A stretch of 64,000 nt of DNA from an uncultured Gammaproteobacteria bacterium. GTDB lineage: Bacteria > Patescibacteriota > Microgenomatia > Levybacterales > GWA1-39-11. A program made the translations under genes and the position numbers. Below the pieces are notes generated by a model, which worked only from the letters and a program-made list of their open reading frames with translations, searched no databases and had not been told where the DNA came from. The stretch spans positions 204,110 to 268,109 of the forward strand of contig CAYVKP010000001.1 in the NCBI GenBank assembly GCA_964452165.1, read 5' to 3'. This document shows positions 19,913 to 30,199 of the stretch, piece by piece (within the stretch, counting starts at the first letter, position 1; each line of letters opens with the position of its first letter).

Positions 19913-19935
19913 CCCACAAAGATTCACCTATAGTA

Positions 19936-19964
19936 TTGACATTGGGCTTTCAAATTGCTATAAT
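19936..19964 (+). promoter_or_regulatory. Consensus sigma70 promoter of the GT2 gene
   Basis: TTGACA-17 bp-TATAAT with TG extension. Confidence 0.75.
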
Positions 19965-19985
19965 CCCTAATCTTATATTAATTAG

Positions 19986-21662
19986 ATGAGCGAATACCCA
20001 CCTTATAGAAAAGTCGTTGTTGAGAAAGAACCAATTCTTGGTAAAAGAGACAGGATCCTATATACGTTTCTTTTTATAACAACCTTGATATCAATTCTCT
20101 GGTATTTTTTATGGTGGATTAATCTTGCACATATTCCCCACAATTTTCTGCATGGGTTTCATGTATTTGACCTTTTGCTTTTCGGATTACTCATATACGT
20201 TGTGTTCATTGGATATCTTTCAAGTTTCGTTACGTGGTTCTCCTTTCTCTTTGCCTCAAAGCCCAAAAAATCTTTTGCTCCAACCCAAAGTTTAAGAGTT
20301 GCTTTCTTAACGTGTTACGTTCCTGGCAAAGAACCAATAAAAATGCTTGCGAAAACTCTCGAGGCCATTAAAGCTGTGCGTTACCCTCACGATACATGGG
20401 TGCTTGATGAGGGTGATTCGGAGGAAGTAAAAAAATTATGCCGCAAACTTGGCGTAAATCATTTCACAAGGAAAGGAAGTAGAAGATTTAATATTGGAGT
20501 CTTTAGGAAAAAGACAAAAGCGGGAAATCATAATGCTTGGAGACATCATCACGAAGACAAGTACGATATAGTTGCTCAGGTTGATATGGACCACATTCCT
20601 AGACCGAATTTTCTTGAGAAAACGTTAGGATATTTTCGTGATCCAAGTGTTGCAATGGTTGGAACACCTGAAGTTTATAAAAAAACTAAAAACTGGGTAA
20701 TGAGCGGCTCTTCAGAGCAATCTGCAATTTTCCATTTCGCTATGCAAACCGGATATTATGGATGCGATATGCCACTTTTAATCGGTACAAGCCACCTCTA
20801 TAGAGTCTCTGCACTAAGGGAAATTGGAGGATATGTGCCAACAATTGTTGAAGATCATCTTACAGGAATGAAATTGTATTCGCACGGATATAAAGGAGTC
20901 TTTGTTCCTAAAATTTTAGCTCAAGGATACGGACCACTTAACTGGGTTGATTATTTTAATCAACAGTTTAGGTGGAGTTATGGATTATTTGAAATTCTTT
21001 TCTTTTACACTCCAAAACTTTTCCTGAAGCTTAAATGGAAGCAGAAAATAAATTACCTTATTGCGCAAACTTATTATTTCACAGGACCTGCTGTGGTTTT
21101 TGGAGCAATAATTACAGCATTATATCTTTGGACAGGAATAAGTCCTGTTAATATGCGTGTTGTTGATTGGATTTACCATGCTTTACCACCCTACATGGCA
21201 AGTCAAATAATTTTCAACTTCATAAGGCTTCATAGCATAAGGCCGGGCCGCATTCCTCTTTTTGGAATCAAGGGAAAAATACTAAATTTTGGCGCGAACA
21301 TTGTATATTCCCTCGCATTCATTGCTCTTATTTTGAGAAAAAAGTTTACTTACGCAGTTACAACAAAGGATGCAGCAAGACAACCGTCTGCAGTACCTCT
21401 ATCAACTTTTAGTTTACATTTCGCGATTTTGGTCGCATGCGCGGCAGGTCTTGTTGCAAGCATATATTTACACCACGCCGCCTCGTTGCAGAGAATATGG
21501 GGTACATTTACTGTTTTATCTATGGCCGGAGTTATTATTTCAAATTATTCCTTAAAAATCCGAGCATATATTAGAAAAGTGAAAAAGACATTATTCGCTA
21601 ACCAATTAGGAGCAAAACTTGCATATTCATACTTGCAAAACGCATTTAGAGAACTCCTATAA
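19986..21662 (+). CDS. Processive GT2 glycosyltransferase, cellulose-synthase (BcsA)-like, no PilZ
   Basis: LDEG, KAGN, DMD, ED, QQFRW motifs; multiple TM helices. Confidence 0.85.
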   Translation: MSEYPPYRKVVVEKEPILGKRDRILYTFLFITTLISILWYFLWWINLAHIPHNFLHGFHVFDLLLFGLLIYVVFIGYLSSFVTWFSFLFASKPKKSFAPTQSLRVAFLTCYVPGKEPIKMLAKTLEAIKAVRYPHDTWVLDEGDSEEVKKLCRKLGVNHFTRKGSRRFNIGVFRKKTKAGNHNAWRHHHEDKYDIVAQVDMDHIPRPNFLEKTLGYFRDPSVAMVGTPEVYKKTKNWVMSGSSEQSAIFHFAMQTGYYGCDMPLLIGTSHLYRVSALREIGGYVPTIVEDHLTGMKLYSHGYKGVFVPKILAQGYGPLNWVDYFNQQFRWSYGLFEILFFYTPKLFLKLKWKQKINYLIAQTYYFTGPAVVFGAIITALYLWTGISPVNMRVVDWIYHALPPYMASQIIFNFIRLHSIRPGRIPLFGIKGKILNFGANIVYSLAFIALILRKKFTYAVTTKDAARQPSAVPLSTFSLHFAILVACAAGLVASIYLHHAASLQRIWGTFTVLSMAGVIISNYSLKIRAYIRKVKKTLFANQLGAKLAYSYLQNAFRELL

Positions 21663-21775
21663 AAGTTTAAAACTCTCTACCGCTGTGGTGTCATTTTATT
21701 TAAAAAATGACTGATTGTAATCACCCAGTTAAAGTGATATTATCCCCCTAAGTACTTAGGTACGAATTCATTATT

Positions 21776-24700
21776 ATGCATAAGCTTAGGCGGGCTGCTC
21801 AAAAATTCCTAGTCTTTATAGCTTTTTTTGCCATGCTGGTTCAGTCTTTGAACCCGTTCTTGTACGTCTTACCTCAAGTAGCATATGCGCAAGAAGCAAC
21901 CGTTACACCAACCGATACTCCAAGTGATACACCAACGGTCACGCCAGACCAGAACCAGACAGTAACTCCGACCCCAACTCCAGCAGACTCAGTTACACCA
22001 ACTGACACCCCAACTCCAGCAGAAACCGTTACGCCAACTCCTGTTGGGGGAGATACTTCGACAGTTACACCAGACCAGACTCAACCCAACAACAATAGCC
22101 CGCCAAGTGGCCAGAGTGTTTCGGGTCAAAATAGTTCAAACAGCTCAAATAGCAACTCTCCAACTTCATCTATAACTCCCACGATAACGGTTGCTCCAAC
22201 TGTAACTCCAGCTCCTGATAAGGGGGAGGGCGGAAAAATAGGCGTAGCGGTTCTTAAAGATGTATCAGCCCCAAGCATTGATTTACAAGCAACAAATACG
22301 GATAGTTCCGCGACTTTGACAACAGACAAATCCGACTATGCACCAACAGATACAGCCTTAATTACCGGGTCTAATTTTTCTCCCAACAAGACTTATTCAT
22401 TAACTGTTAGTTCAAATGATGCTCCTGCAACCAGCACGACTGCTAACGTTACTACAAATGATAGCGGGTCATTCGTTTACGCCTATCAATTAGACGGAAA
22501 GTACAGACCAAACTATAAGGTCGAGGTTAAAGACGCTTCTGGAACAGTAGTTGCCTCAACAACATTTACAGATAGTGCAAGTGTAACAACCACAGTTAGT
22601 GGTGTTGCCTGTGTAGGTGACCAACCGGGGCAAAACGGTTTAGTATGTACTGCAAACGATATTAATCTTGCCTCTGTCTCACCCACCGTTACAATAAATG
22701 GGCATGGATGTAGATTCCCCGGAGATACAGTTAACTTTACGGCAAACTATCAAATTCAATCCAATGCAAACAATAGATACAACGCAGGAGTTTGGTTTGC
22801 AACAAATGGGCAGGCAAGTGCCTTGCATGGAACGTGTTCAGCAACTTCACTTCCAAGCACACCCAACCCTCCCTTTTTTGATGGTGGGACTTCATGTGGA
22901 GGTATTAATAAACCTGACATTGGAACAATTACTATCACTCAGACAGCAGTATGTAATCCCGACAGTAGTGGATTTCTCACGATTCCATACTGTACAACAT
23001 GGCAACAAAACTCAAATAACGCATGTACCACACCTACTGATACTGTACCCGGAACAGGCTCAAAATGTAATTGTCCAGCAGGTGGAATTGAAATCCCAAT
23101 AACTGTTCCTCCAGCAATAGAAGTTATAAAGTCTCTTTCACCATCAAATGACTCGGGACTATTTAATTTATTAGTTAATGCTATTACTAAAAAAACAGAC
23201 GCCACAAATGGTGGAACAACAGGAAAAGTTGGAGTAACAACCGGACAAAATACTTTTGGAGAAGCAAACGGAACAGGTACAAACTTAAGTAATTATGCTT
23301 CTGTTGCTTCATGTGTTTTAAGAGGAACTTCAACAACAGTAGCAATAACCGGAACTGGCCCAACTTGGACAATCACCAATGTAACTAACGGACAGGATAT
23401 AGTCTGTACGATTACCAATACTGCAAACAACGGAACAATCGAGCTTAAAAAAGTATGGTCCGGAACGGGAGGACAAACAACACTCACAATCGGATCAGCA
23501 ATCGGAGGCAATAACGTTGCCAACACACAGACAGGAGCAATCGGATCAGCACCTTTAACAACGGGTCCAAAAACGGTAAATAGCGGTAGTTATTATTTAA
23601 ATGAAACCGGAGGATTAACAAACTACACACCGTCTGCTCTTACTTGTTTCAATGATGCGAATAACGATGGAACAAATAATAACGGGGAGTCATCTGTTAG
23701 TGTCGGCGCAAGTAATGCGGTAGCAGTAAGCGCGAATCAACACGTCATTTGTTCTTTCACAAACACACGTGATCAGGGGACAATCGAGCTTAAAAAAGTA
23801 TGGTCCGGAACGGGAGGACAAACAACATTAAATATTGGAACATCAGCTGGAGGGACACAAACCGCAAGTGTTCAGACAGGAGCAAGCGGAGCAGCACCGC
23901 TCACAACCGGGACACAAACCGTTGATACCAATACTTACTATATTTCAGAAAATGGCGGATTAACGGATTACTCATCAGTTCTTGCTTGTACGGATAATGG
24001 AAGTACAGTAACACCGGGTGCAAATAACTCACTCAATGTTGCAAAGAATCATGCGGTTATTTGTACATTTACTAACACAAGAAATACCGGAACAATCAAA
24101 GTAATAAAAGACGTAGTGGCACCTAATGGGTCCCCAATTACCGATACTTCAACAAACTTTGCATTTTCGGTCGACGGCGGTTCTACGTTTGATTTAACTG
24201 ACGGAGGAAACCATTCAACAACTGTCATAACAGGAGCAAATCATACGGTTGTTGAAACGCCTAACGCAAATTACGACTTCGCAGGTTGTACAAGTGATTC
24301 CCAGACTCAGGGATCGGCCGTTGCTAACGGAATTGTTGTAACAGTTACAACTGGTACAACTTCAACTGTTACCTGTACTAACAAACAAAAGCATGCAAAG
24401 ATTACGGTCGTTAAAGTTGTCAAAGACGCAAGCGGAAAAGTAGTAAGTGATAGTAAAACATTTACAGTTCAATTAAATGGAGCAAGTGACGACTCTACGC
24501 TTTCCGATACTCATGATGTAGTCTACAATCCAAATCCTGGAACTTATACGGTAAGCGAAGCAAATGACGCAAATTACGATAATTTAGGATGTAAATTGAA
24601 TGCCGATCTTACTGCGACCAACTTTAGCTTGGCATCGAATCAATCTGTGACCGTTACATGTACCAATAAACAAAAACCTGGTTCAATTCTGGGAGTAAAA

Positions 24701-26581
24701 ACGGATGAAAACAACAATCTTCTACCAAATTGGACAATACAACTTGCTTCGTGTCTTGCAGGATTTACAAATTGTGTCGATGTTCTAGGAGCGGCAATCC
24801 CAACCGACAACAACGGAGCATATTTGTTCAGCAATTTAGTTACAGGATTTTACCAGGTGTACGAAATTATGCAGGCGGGTTGGACAAACGTTACCGCTCT
24901 TTTTCACAATGTTGAAATTCAGCCGGGAACAGTAAGTTCAAACAATAACTTCCAGAATAAAGGAAATCTGAGAATTACGGCTTGTAAATACGAGGATGCT
25001 GATGCTAATAATCAGACAACAGAAGATAGAACGCCGGTCAATAATTGGAGTTTTACACTCAGCGGTGAGCAACTCGGAGAAAATGTTACTCAGTCAGCAG
25101 GAGAAGAAAGCAATTGTACAACCTTTACGGATCTTAAACCCGGAGCCTATCAGGTTGATGAAAAATTGGCCAGTCACACGGACTGGTCTGTAGTAGACAA
25201 GAATGGAGATGTTCAGGACGTCACCCTTACAAATGAATCCACAACGGTTAATTTCTACAACTACCGAAAAGCTCATATTATTGTCAAGAAAGACGTAGTG
25301 AATCCTGATGGGGGCGTAGTTACTGATACAAGTACAAATTTTGACTTCAGAATTCACCAAGGCGGAGACATAGTTGAATCTTTCTCTTTGGTTGATGGCG
25401 CAACGAGTTCTACTTACGATGTTAATCCAGGCACTTACGATGTTAACGAAGTTCTAAACCATAGTAATTACTCGTTTGGTTCCTGTACTGCGGTTTATGA
25501 CGGTGAATCAATCGGCCGTCCTGTTACAGAAGAAGACGAATCAGGTGAGCAGGTAAGTCTTGATTCAAATGACACAGTGACGGTTACATGTATTAACAAG
25601 CAGAAAACGGGCAGGGTCCATGGATACAAATGGAACGATGAAAACGGGGACGGAAAACTAACTTGTACTGAAGGTGGCGAATTCCCAACATGTGAATCAA
25701 AACTATCTGATTGGACCATCTTTGTTGATTCAAATAACAATAAAACCCTCGATGAAGGAGAGCAATCGACTACAACCGACTCAAGTGGGAATTACTCTTT
25801 TACCCTTAATCCTGGGACCTACAATATTTGCGAAGTAGTAAAAACAGGTTGGGAGCAAACTTATCCGGGCTCAGGGGAAACTGCCTGTCACACCGTTACG
25901 ATAAGTTCAAATCAAAACTCTGAGCAAAGTCTTAACTTCGGAAATAAAAATGTGATTCCGGCATTCACAATTGCTAAAACCAATGACACAGAAGGAGCGA
26001 GCAAAGCACCGGGAGACGTAGTTAACTACACCCTGACATTAACGCTCGACGATACAAAGGGTCCCGGAGACAACATAACTGTTACCGACCTTCTTCCAAA
26101 GGGCTTTGTTTACAATGGAGGCTCATACCAAGCATTTCTCAATGGGAACCCAATATCAGTTGAAGAACCAACCTACCATTCACCGGGAACATGGACTCTT
26201 CCAAGCGCACAGCCGGGTGATGTATTTACATTAAAATACAAAGCAACTGTTGATAGCGGACAGCAATCAGGTACATATTATGACAATGCATGGGGACAAG
26301 GTACGCCTGTAGGAGATCCTTCAAGTACGATTCTTGCGCTCGCGGGTACAGATGGAAATATTGGTGATCCAAATTTTGTAGGAACACAAGTAAGCGTTTC
26401 AAAAGAAGATTCCCAATCGCCGTCTATTGCTAAAACCCAGGGCCAAGTTTTAGGTGCATCAACCGAGGCTCTGCCTTCAACAGGTGCAAACACATTTCAA
26501 ACAGCTCTGGGAATCATCGTACTTATTATAGGATTGAACTTATTACTTGTAGGCTTTATAATTCGCAAACGCTATGTTTAA
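21776..26581 (+). CDS. Large repetitive adhesin (SpaA/Cna-B, SdrD-B and DUF11-like domains) with LPSTG anchor
   Basis: Signal peptide, PT-rich stalk, repeated G.I...K...CTFTN domains, VHGYKWNDENGDG, APGDVVNYTL..VTDLLPKG, GQVLGASTEALPSTG-TM-RKR. Confidence 0.85.
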   Translation: MHKLRRAAQKFLVFIAFFAMLVQSLNPFLYVLPQVAYAQEATVTPTDTPSDTPTVTPDQNQTVTPTPTPADSVTPTDTPTPAETVTPTPVGGDTSTVTPDQTQPNNNSPPSGQSVSGQNSSNSSNSNSPTSSITPTITVAPTVTPAPDKGEGGKIGVAVLKDVSAPSIDLQATNTDSSATLTTDKSDYAPTDTALITGSNFSPNKTYSLTVSSNDAPATSTTANVTTNDSGSFVYAYQLDGKYRPNYKVEVKDASGTVVASTTFTDSASVTTTVSGVACVGDQPGQNGLVCTANDINLASVSPTVTINGHGCRFPGDTVNFTANYQIQSNANNRYNAGVWFATNGQASALHGTCSATSLPSTPNPPFFDGGTSCGGINKPDIGTITITQTAVCNPDSSGFLTIPYCTTWQQNSNNACTTPTDTVPGTGSKCNCPAGGIEIPITVPPAIEVIKSLSPSNDSGLFNLLVNAITKKTDATNGGTTGKVGVTTGQNTFGEANGTGTNLSNYASVASCVLRGTSTTVAITGTGPTWTITNVTNGQDIVCTITNTANNGTIELKKVWSGTGGQTTLTIGSAIGGNNVANTQTGAIGSAPLTTGPKTVNSGSYYLNETGGLTNYTPSALTCFNDANNDGTNNNGESSVSVGASNAVAVSANQHVICSFTNTRDQGTIELKKVWSGTGGQTTLNIGTSAGGTQTASVQTGASGAAPLTTGTQTVDTNTYYISENGGLTDYSSVLACTDNGSTVTPGANNSLNVAKNHAVICTFTNTRNTGTIKVIKDVVAPNGSPITDTSTNFAFSVDGGSTFDLTDGGNHSTTVITGANHTVVETPNANYDFAGCTSDSQTQGSAVANGIVVTVTTGTTSTVTCTNKQKHAKITVVKVVKDASGKVVSDSKTFTVQLNGASDDSTLSDTHDVVYNPNPGTYTVSEANDANYDNLGCKLNADLTATNFSLASNQSVTVTCTNKQKPGSILGVKTDENNNLLPNWTIQLASCLAGFTNCVDVLGAAIPTDNNGAYLFSNLVTGFYQVYEIMQAGWTNVTALFHNVEIQPGTVSSNNNFQNKGNLRITACKYEDADANNQTTEDRTPVNNWSFTLSGEQLGENVTQSAGEESNCTTFTDLKPGAYQVDEKLASHTDWSVVDKNGDVQDVTLTNESTTVNFYNYRKAHIIVKKDVVNPDGGVVTDTSTNFDFRIHQGGDIVESFSLVDGATSSTYDVNPGTYDVNEVLNHSNYSFGSCTAVYDGESIGRPVTEEDESGEQVSLDSNDTVTVTCINKQKTGRVHGYKWNDENGDGKLTCTEGGEFPTCESKLSDWTIFVDSNNNKTLDEGEQSTTTDSSGNYSFTLNPGTYNICEVVKTGWEQTYPGSGETACHTVTISSNQNSEQSLNFGNKNVIPAFTIAKTNDTEGASKAPGDVVNYTLTLTLDDTKGPGDNITVTDLLPKGFVYNGGSYQAFLNGNPISVEEPTYHSPGTWTLPSAQPGDVFTLKYKATVDSGQQSGTYYDNAWGQGTPVGDPSSTILALAGTDGNIGDPNFVGTQVSVSKEDSQSPSIAKTQGQVLGASTEALPSTGANTFQTALGIIVLIIGLNLLLVGFIIRKRYV
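23435..23827 (+). repeat. Exact 48-bp intragenic direct repeat (23435-23482, 23780-23827)
   Basis: acaatcgagcttaaaaaagtatggtccggaacgggaggacaaacaaca twice. Confidence 0.9.
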
Positions 26582-27596
26582 GATATTATTTAGATCATTT
26601 ATAGGTTTTGCCGCCGTGCTTATCTTAGCAAGCCTTGTCTCGCCTTTGGCGGATCAGGTTTTTGCTAACTCAGCAGTATCAATAAGACTTGAGCAGCCAA
26701 AGACTCCCACCAACCAAAATTCCCTTAATATTACATTTGTAACACTCGATACACAGAGTGAGGCAATTACCGTCAAATGCTTCAAAAAAGGCCCAACTGA
26801 TGGCGCTTTTAGCCAGTTTGGGGCAGACATAAATCTTGCGGCGGGCGGAAATACCGGAACCTGCGATGCCAATTCGTCCGTAATAAACACTCCGGGTTCA
26901 TATCAATTTTATGCAACAGCAACGGCAGCCTCAGGCAATGGCACAAGTTCAACAGTAAATGTTGATTACAACAATTCCGGGCCAGGTACTCCCACAAATT
27001 TCAGCAAGGACAGAATTACCTCTTGCTCGTACAAAATTAAATTTAGAACGGCAGATGATAGCGGAAAAACAATCAAAGTAAGAATATACCGTGCCGACGC
27101 AACTGCTTCGGATCCATCTTCAACGTCTGAAGTAGGAGCTGTTAATATTGGCTCGAGTACCGATGGAGAATTCACAAATACGATTCCTGACTGTAGTAAA
27201 TCATACTACTATGCGGTAAGGGCTTTTGATTCTGCAGGAAATGCGTCGGGGGTCGTAGGAGATTCTATAAATATAGGAAGTACTACTACGACCACAACCA
27301 CAACAACGGGCACAACGGGTGCAAGCCCAACCGCAGGCACTGGTGCAATTCCAGTTGGTGCAGGACAGGGATCGGTTCCGGGCGAGCAAACAAATCAAAA
27401 TGAAAATGGTACAAAACAAGAAGTACTTGGTGCATCAACACCAAGTGGCAAGACAGGAGAAATGGAAAAGAAGAACAATGCAACTGTGGGTAGCGCCTTT
27501 TCCTCAAAAAAACTTTTTGCAGGAGCAATCGCCATAATAGTAGTGATCGCAGGAGTTGCCTATATCCTCTACAGAAGAGGCAAGAAAACCATATAA
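26574..27596 (+). CDS. Surface protein with Ig/FnIII-like domains and VLGAST motif before C-terminal TM
   Basis: Signal peptide, YYYAVRAFDSAGNAS, T-run linker, QEVLGASTPSGKTG, TM plus RRGKK. Confidence 0.75.
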   Translation: MFKILFRSFIGFAAVLILASLVSPLADQVFANSAVSIRLEQPKTPTNQNSLNITFVTLDTQSEAITVKCFKKGPTDGAFSQFGADINLAAGGNTGTCDANSSVINTPGSYQFYATATAASGNGTSSTVNVDYNNSGPGTPTNFSKDRITSCSYKIKFRTADDSGKTIKVRIYRADATASDPSSTSEVGAVNIGSSTDGEFTNTIPDCSKSYYYAVRAFDSAGNASGVVGDSINIGSTTTTTTTTTGTTGASPTAGTGAIPVGAGQGSVPGEQTNQNENGTKQEVLGASTPSGKTGEMEKKNNATVGSAFSSKKLFAGAIAIIVVIAGVAYILYRRGKKTI

Positions 27597-28217
27597 TTGT
27601 CTTTAGTGAAAAGACTTTCTTCTCTTTTAATTTACGCAGGCGGCGCACTTGTAATTCTATCTCTTATATTTCTAATCGTAGTTTTTGCCCCAATTATAAA
27701 ACTTGAACTTTCGTATTTTTTCCAAGGTCCTGGAAAAGAAAAAGTTGTTTTAGAAAATAAAACAAGAGCAGAAAATGTGCTTGTTCCTGTTGATCCCGAA
27801 TTCGGAATCGTGATTCCCAAAATTCGAGCAAATGCAAAAATAATACCAAATGTAAATCCGTATTCTGAGCCGGAGTACCAGAGAGCTTTAGCACGCGGTG
27901 TCGCTCAGGCACGCGGTACCGGTGTGCCGGGAGAGGGTAAAAACATTTTCCTTTTTTCTCACTCATCTGTCGACTTTCTTGAAGCTTCACGTTACAACTC
28001 TATTTTTTATTTGCTCAATAAGATGGAAAAAGGAGATGAGATAGACCTTTTTTATAAGGGGCGCGAATATAAGTATAAAGTAACTGACAAAAAAATAGTT
28101 GATCCTAAAAATGTTGCATACTTAAGTCCAAACTCTAACCAGGAAAAATTGACCTTGATGACTTGCTGGCCTCCCGGCACAAATCTACAAAGACTCATTA
28201 TAACAGCCCGGCAATAA
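27597..28217 (+). CDS. Sortase (no. 2)
   Basis: PGEGKNIFLFSH, LTLMTCWPPGT..RL. Confidence 0.9.
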   Translation: MSLVKRLSSLLIYAGGALVILSLIFLIVVFAPIIKLELSYFFQGPGKEKVVLENKTRAENVLVPVDPEFGIVIPKIRANAKIIPNVNPYSEPEYQRALARGVAQARGTGVPGEGKNIFLFSHSSVDFLEASRYNSIFYLLNKMEKGDEIDLFYKGREYKYKVTDKKIVDPKNVAYLSPNSNQEKLTLMTCWPPGTNLQRLIITARQ

Positions 28218-28290
28218 GGCCTCTTTTGATACAGAAACGCCATATTTACAAGATACCTTTAAAGTGTTAAATTTTAATATCTTTAGGCAG

Positions 28291-29745
28291 ATGAAAACTT
28301 TAAAGCCCTTAATAGGCTTGTTATTATTCTTCTTTTTTTCATTTTTTCTCGTTGTTAATTTAGTTTTTGTTCCTGTTGCTTATGCTGCAAAAACTACTCC
28401 GACGTCAACAACTGTCACCTGGAAAGGAAACGGAACAACAGGTGGTTTTTGTTCTTCATTTGAAAATGACCCTGATTTAAATCCCGCGTCAGGAAAACAA
28501 GGCTGGTTGTTTATATTAACCTCACCTTATACGAGTGGTCCATATAATCTAACCTATTCTTTTAGTGATGGAACGAATAATATTAATACTCCTCCGGTTG
28601 TTCAAAAAATTGTAGGGTCGGTTCATATTATTGTTTACACAGCCATCGACGCGAAATTATTGAGTGCATCAGTTACAAACGGCACTTCAAACAGTATTCT
28701 GACTGTTTCTCATTGTGAAAAAGCGATTCGACCCCTGCAAGTTTCAAAAACAGCAAATACAACTTTCACCCGAACGTGGACATGGGGTATCGATAAGTCT
28801 GCAGATCAATCAGATCTTGGTGCATTGCAGCCAAACGATGTTAAAACCGTTAACTACATTGCTACGGTAAGCGCGGGTTCGCAAGATAGCGATTGGGTTG
28901 TAAACGGAACAATAACTGTAACAAACCCTGCGGGTAATCCAAACGCGACAATAGCAAGCGTAACAGACGTTCTGAGTAGTTTTGGTAGCGTGTCGGGTGT
29001 AAATTGCGGAGTAATCTTCCCGTATATTCTTAGCGCTGGGAGTGTTCTTAATTGTACTTACACTCAAGTACTAGGTGGGGCAGTGAATCAAACAAATACA
29101 GCAACGGTTGTGACGACCGGATTAGTGCCGGGAGGTTCGTCAAGTGCTGTGCCCGTAGCATTTGATAGCCCTACAACCGAAACCGACGAGTGCGTAACCG
29201 TAAACGATACAAATTCAAAGGGTCCTCAGGGAGTAGTAGTTTGTTCGGCGGATTCCCCTAAGACTTTTAACTACAGTACTACATTTAGCAAAGATGGTGC
29301 ATCAGACGTGAAACTTGTTTGTGGAAGCAATACTTACAACAACACTGCGTCTTTTGTAACAAATGACACTTCAACGGCTGGAAGTGACAGTTGGACGGTT
29401 ACTGCAAATGTACAATGCAATACTTTTTGGTGCTCGCCAGGATACTGGGGTAGCGCGGCCAAATTTGATATTTACAGCTACATAAATGCACACAAAGTTG
29501 TAACTCCTCCTGCGAGTATTGCCGGAGCGGATTTATACAGCTCTATTACCGGTATTGTTCCAGCAGCTCTGAAGGCCGGTAGTCCTTCGAATCCAAGCCT
29601 TGGGGATGTACTCGGGAGTCCTTCTACTTACGGTGGACCGGCGAATAACTCAATTTCTGATTACTTCGCTTACCTTCTCGGCTGGGGTGGAACCCAGGCA
29701 ACAGGTGATAACTGCCCAATAAACACATTCGGAAATCCCAACTAA
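28291..29745 (+). CDS. Secreted beta-rich surface protein (adhesin-like)
   Basis: Signal peptide ending AYA, TWTWGIDKSAD, NTATV, CSPGYW; no C-terminal anchor. Confidence 0.7.
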   Translation: MKTLKPLIGLLLFFFFSFFLVVNLVFVPVAYAAKTTPTSTTVTWKGNGTTGGFCSSFENDPDLNPASGKQGWLFILTSPYTSGPYNLTYSFSDGTNNINTPPVVQKIVGSVHIIVYTAIDAKLLSASVTNGTSNSILTVSHCEKAIRPLQVSKTANTTFTRTWTWGIDKSADQSDLGALQPNDVKTVNYIATVSAGSQDSDWVVNGTITVTNPAGNPNATIASVTDVLSSFGSVSGVNCGVIFPYILSAGSVLNCTYTQVLGGAVNQTNTATVVTTGLVPGGSSSAVPVAFDSPTTETDECVTVNDTNSKGPQGVVVCSADSPKTFNYSTTFSKDGASDVKLVCGSNTYNNTASFVTNDTSTAGSDSWTVTANVQCNTFWCSPGYWGSAAKFDIYSYINAHKVVTPPASIAGADLYSSITGIVPAALKAGSPSNPSLGDVLGSPSTYGGPANNSISDYFAYLLGWGGTQATGDNCPINTFGNPN

Positions 29746-29819
29746 GGGATTCATTGGGCCTCTTTCAGATCTTATTTTCCGTGAATTTTGTTAATTAAAG
29801 TGGGGGGAGGTGAATAAAT

Positions 29820-30101
29820 ATGAATAAAATTAAAAAAATAGCATTTGCAGGAGCAGCTTCTGCAATCATGCTTTCGAGTTTTGTAAGTGTAGCATTTGCG
29901 GTAACTCCAGGAGCTGCAGTAAAAAATCCAAATGCTAATTCAAACGCGTGTTGGGGTATGGATCGTTCTTTCTATGCGAGCCAAGGCTTTTTCCCTGAGA
30001 ATATGGACATTAAGCAGTCTTTTCCAGGTGATGTCGGTGAAGAACGTGCAGCTTGGGTTGCAACGTATTGTAGTTCACACGGGCCAGTCGTAGTAGAGTA
30101 G
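29820..30101 (+). CDS. Small secreted protein with two Cys
   Basis: GGAGGTGA SD, signal peptide ending AFA. Confidence 0.75.
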   Translation: MNKIKKIAFAGAASAIMLSSFVSVAFAVTPGAAVKNPNANSNACWGMDRSFYASQGFFPENMDIKQSFPGDVGEERAAWVATYCSSHGPVVVE

Positions 30102-30120
30102 AAAATAGAAGATTTGTTTT

Positions 30121-30157
30121 AAACAGCCCAAAGGGGTAATTCCCTGCGGGTTGTTTT
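30121..30157 (+). terminator. Probable intrinsic terminator
   Basis: aaacagccc...gggttgtttt stem after the 93-aa gene. Confidence 0.55.
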
Positions 30158-30159
30158 GG

Positions 30160-30188
30160 TTGACAAATTTACAAAGGAGCTATATGAT
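30160..30188 (+). promoter_or_regulatory. Sigma70 promoter of the matrixin gene
   Basis: TTGACA-17 bp-TATGAT. Confidence 0.6.
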
Positions 30189-30199
30189 TCTATCTGTTA

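Noticed and set aside
21900-22220. PT-rich tandem repeats as a DNA repeat element
   Set aside because: Degenerate at codon third positions; explained by a protein linker
23435-23827. DGR template/variable repeat pair
   Set aside because: Copies are identical, in-frame domain repeats with no adenine-specific differences and no reverse transcriptase
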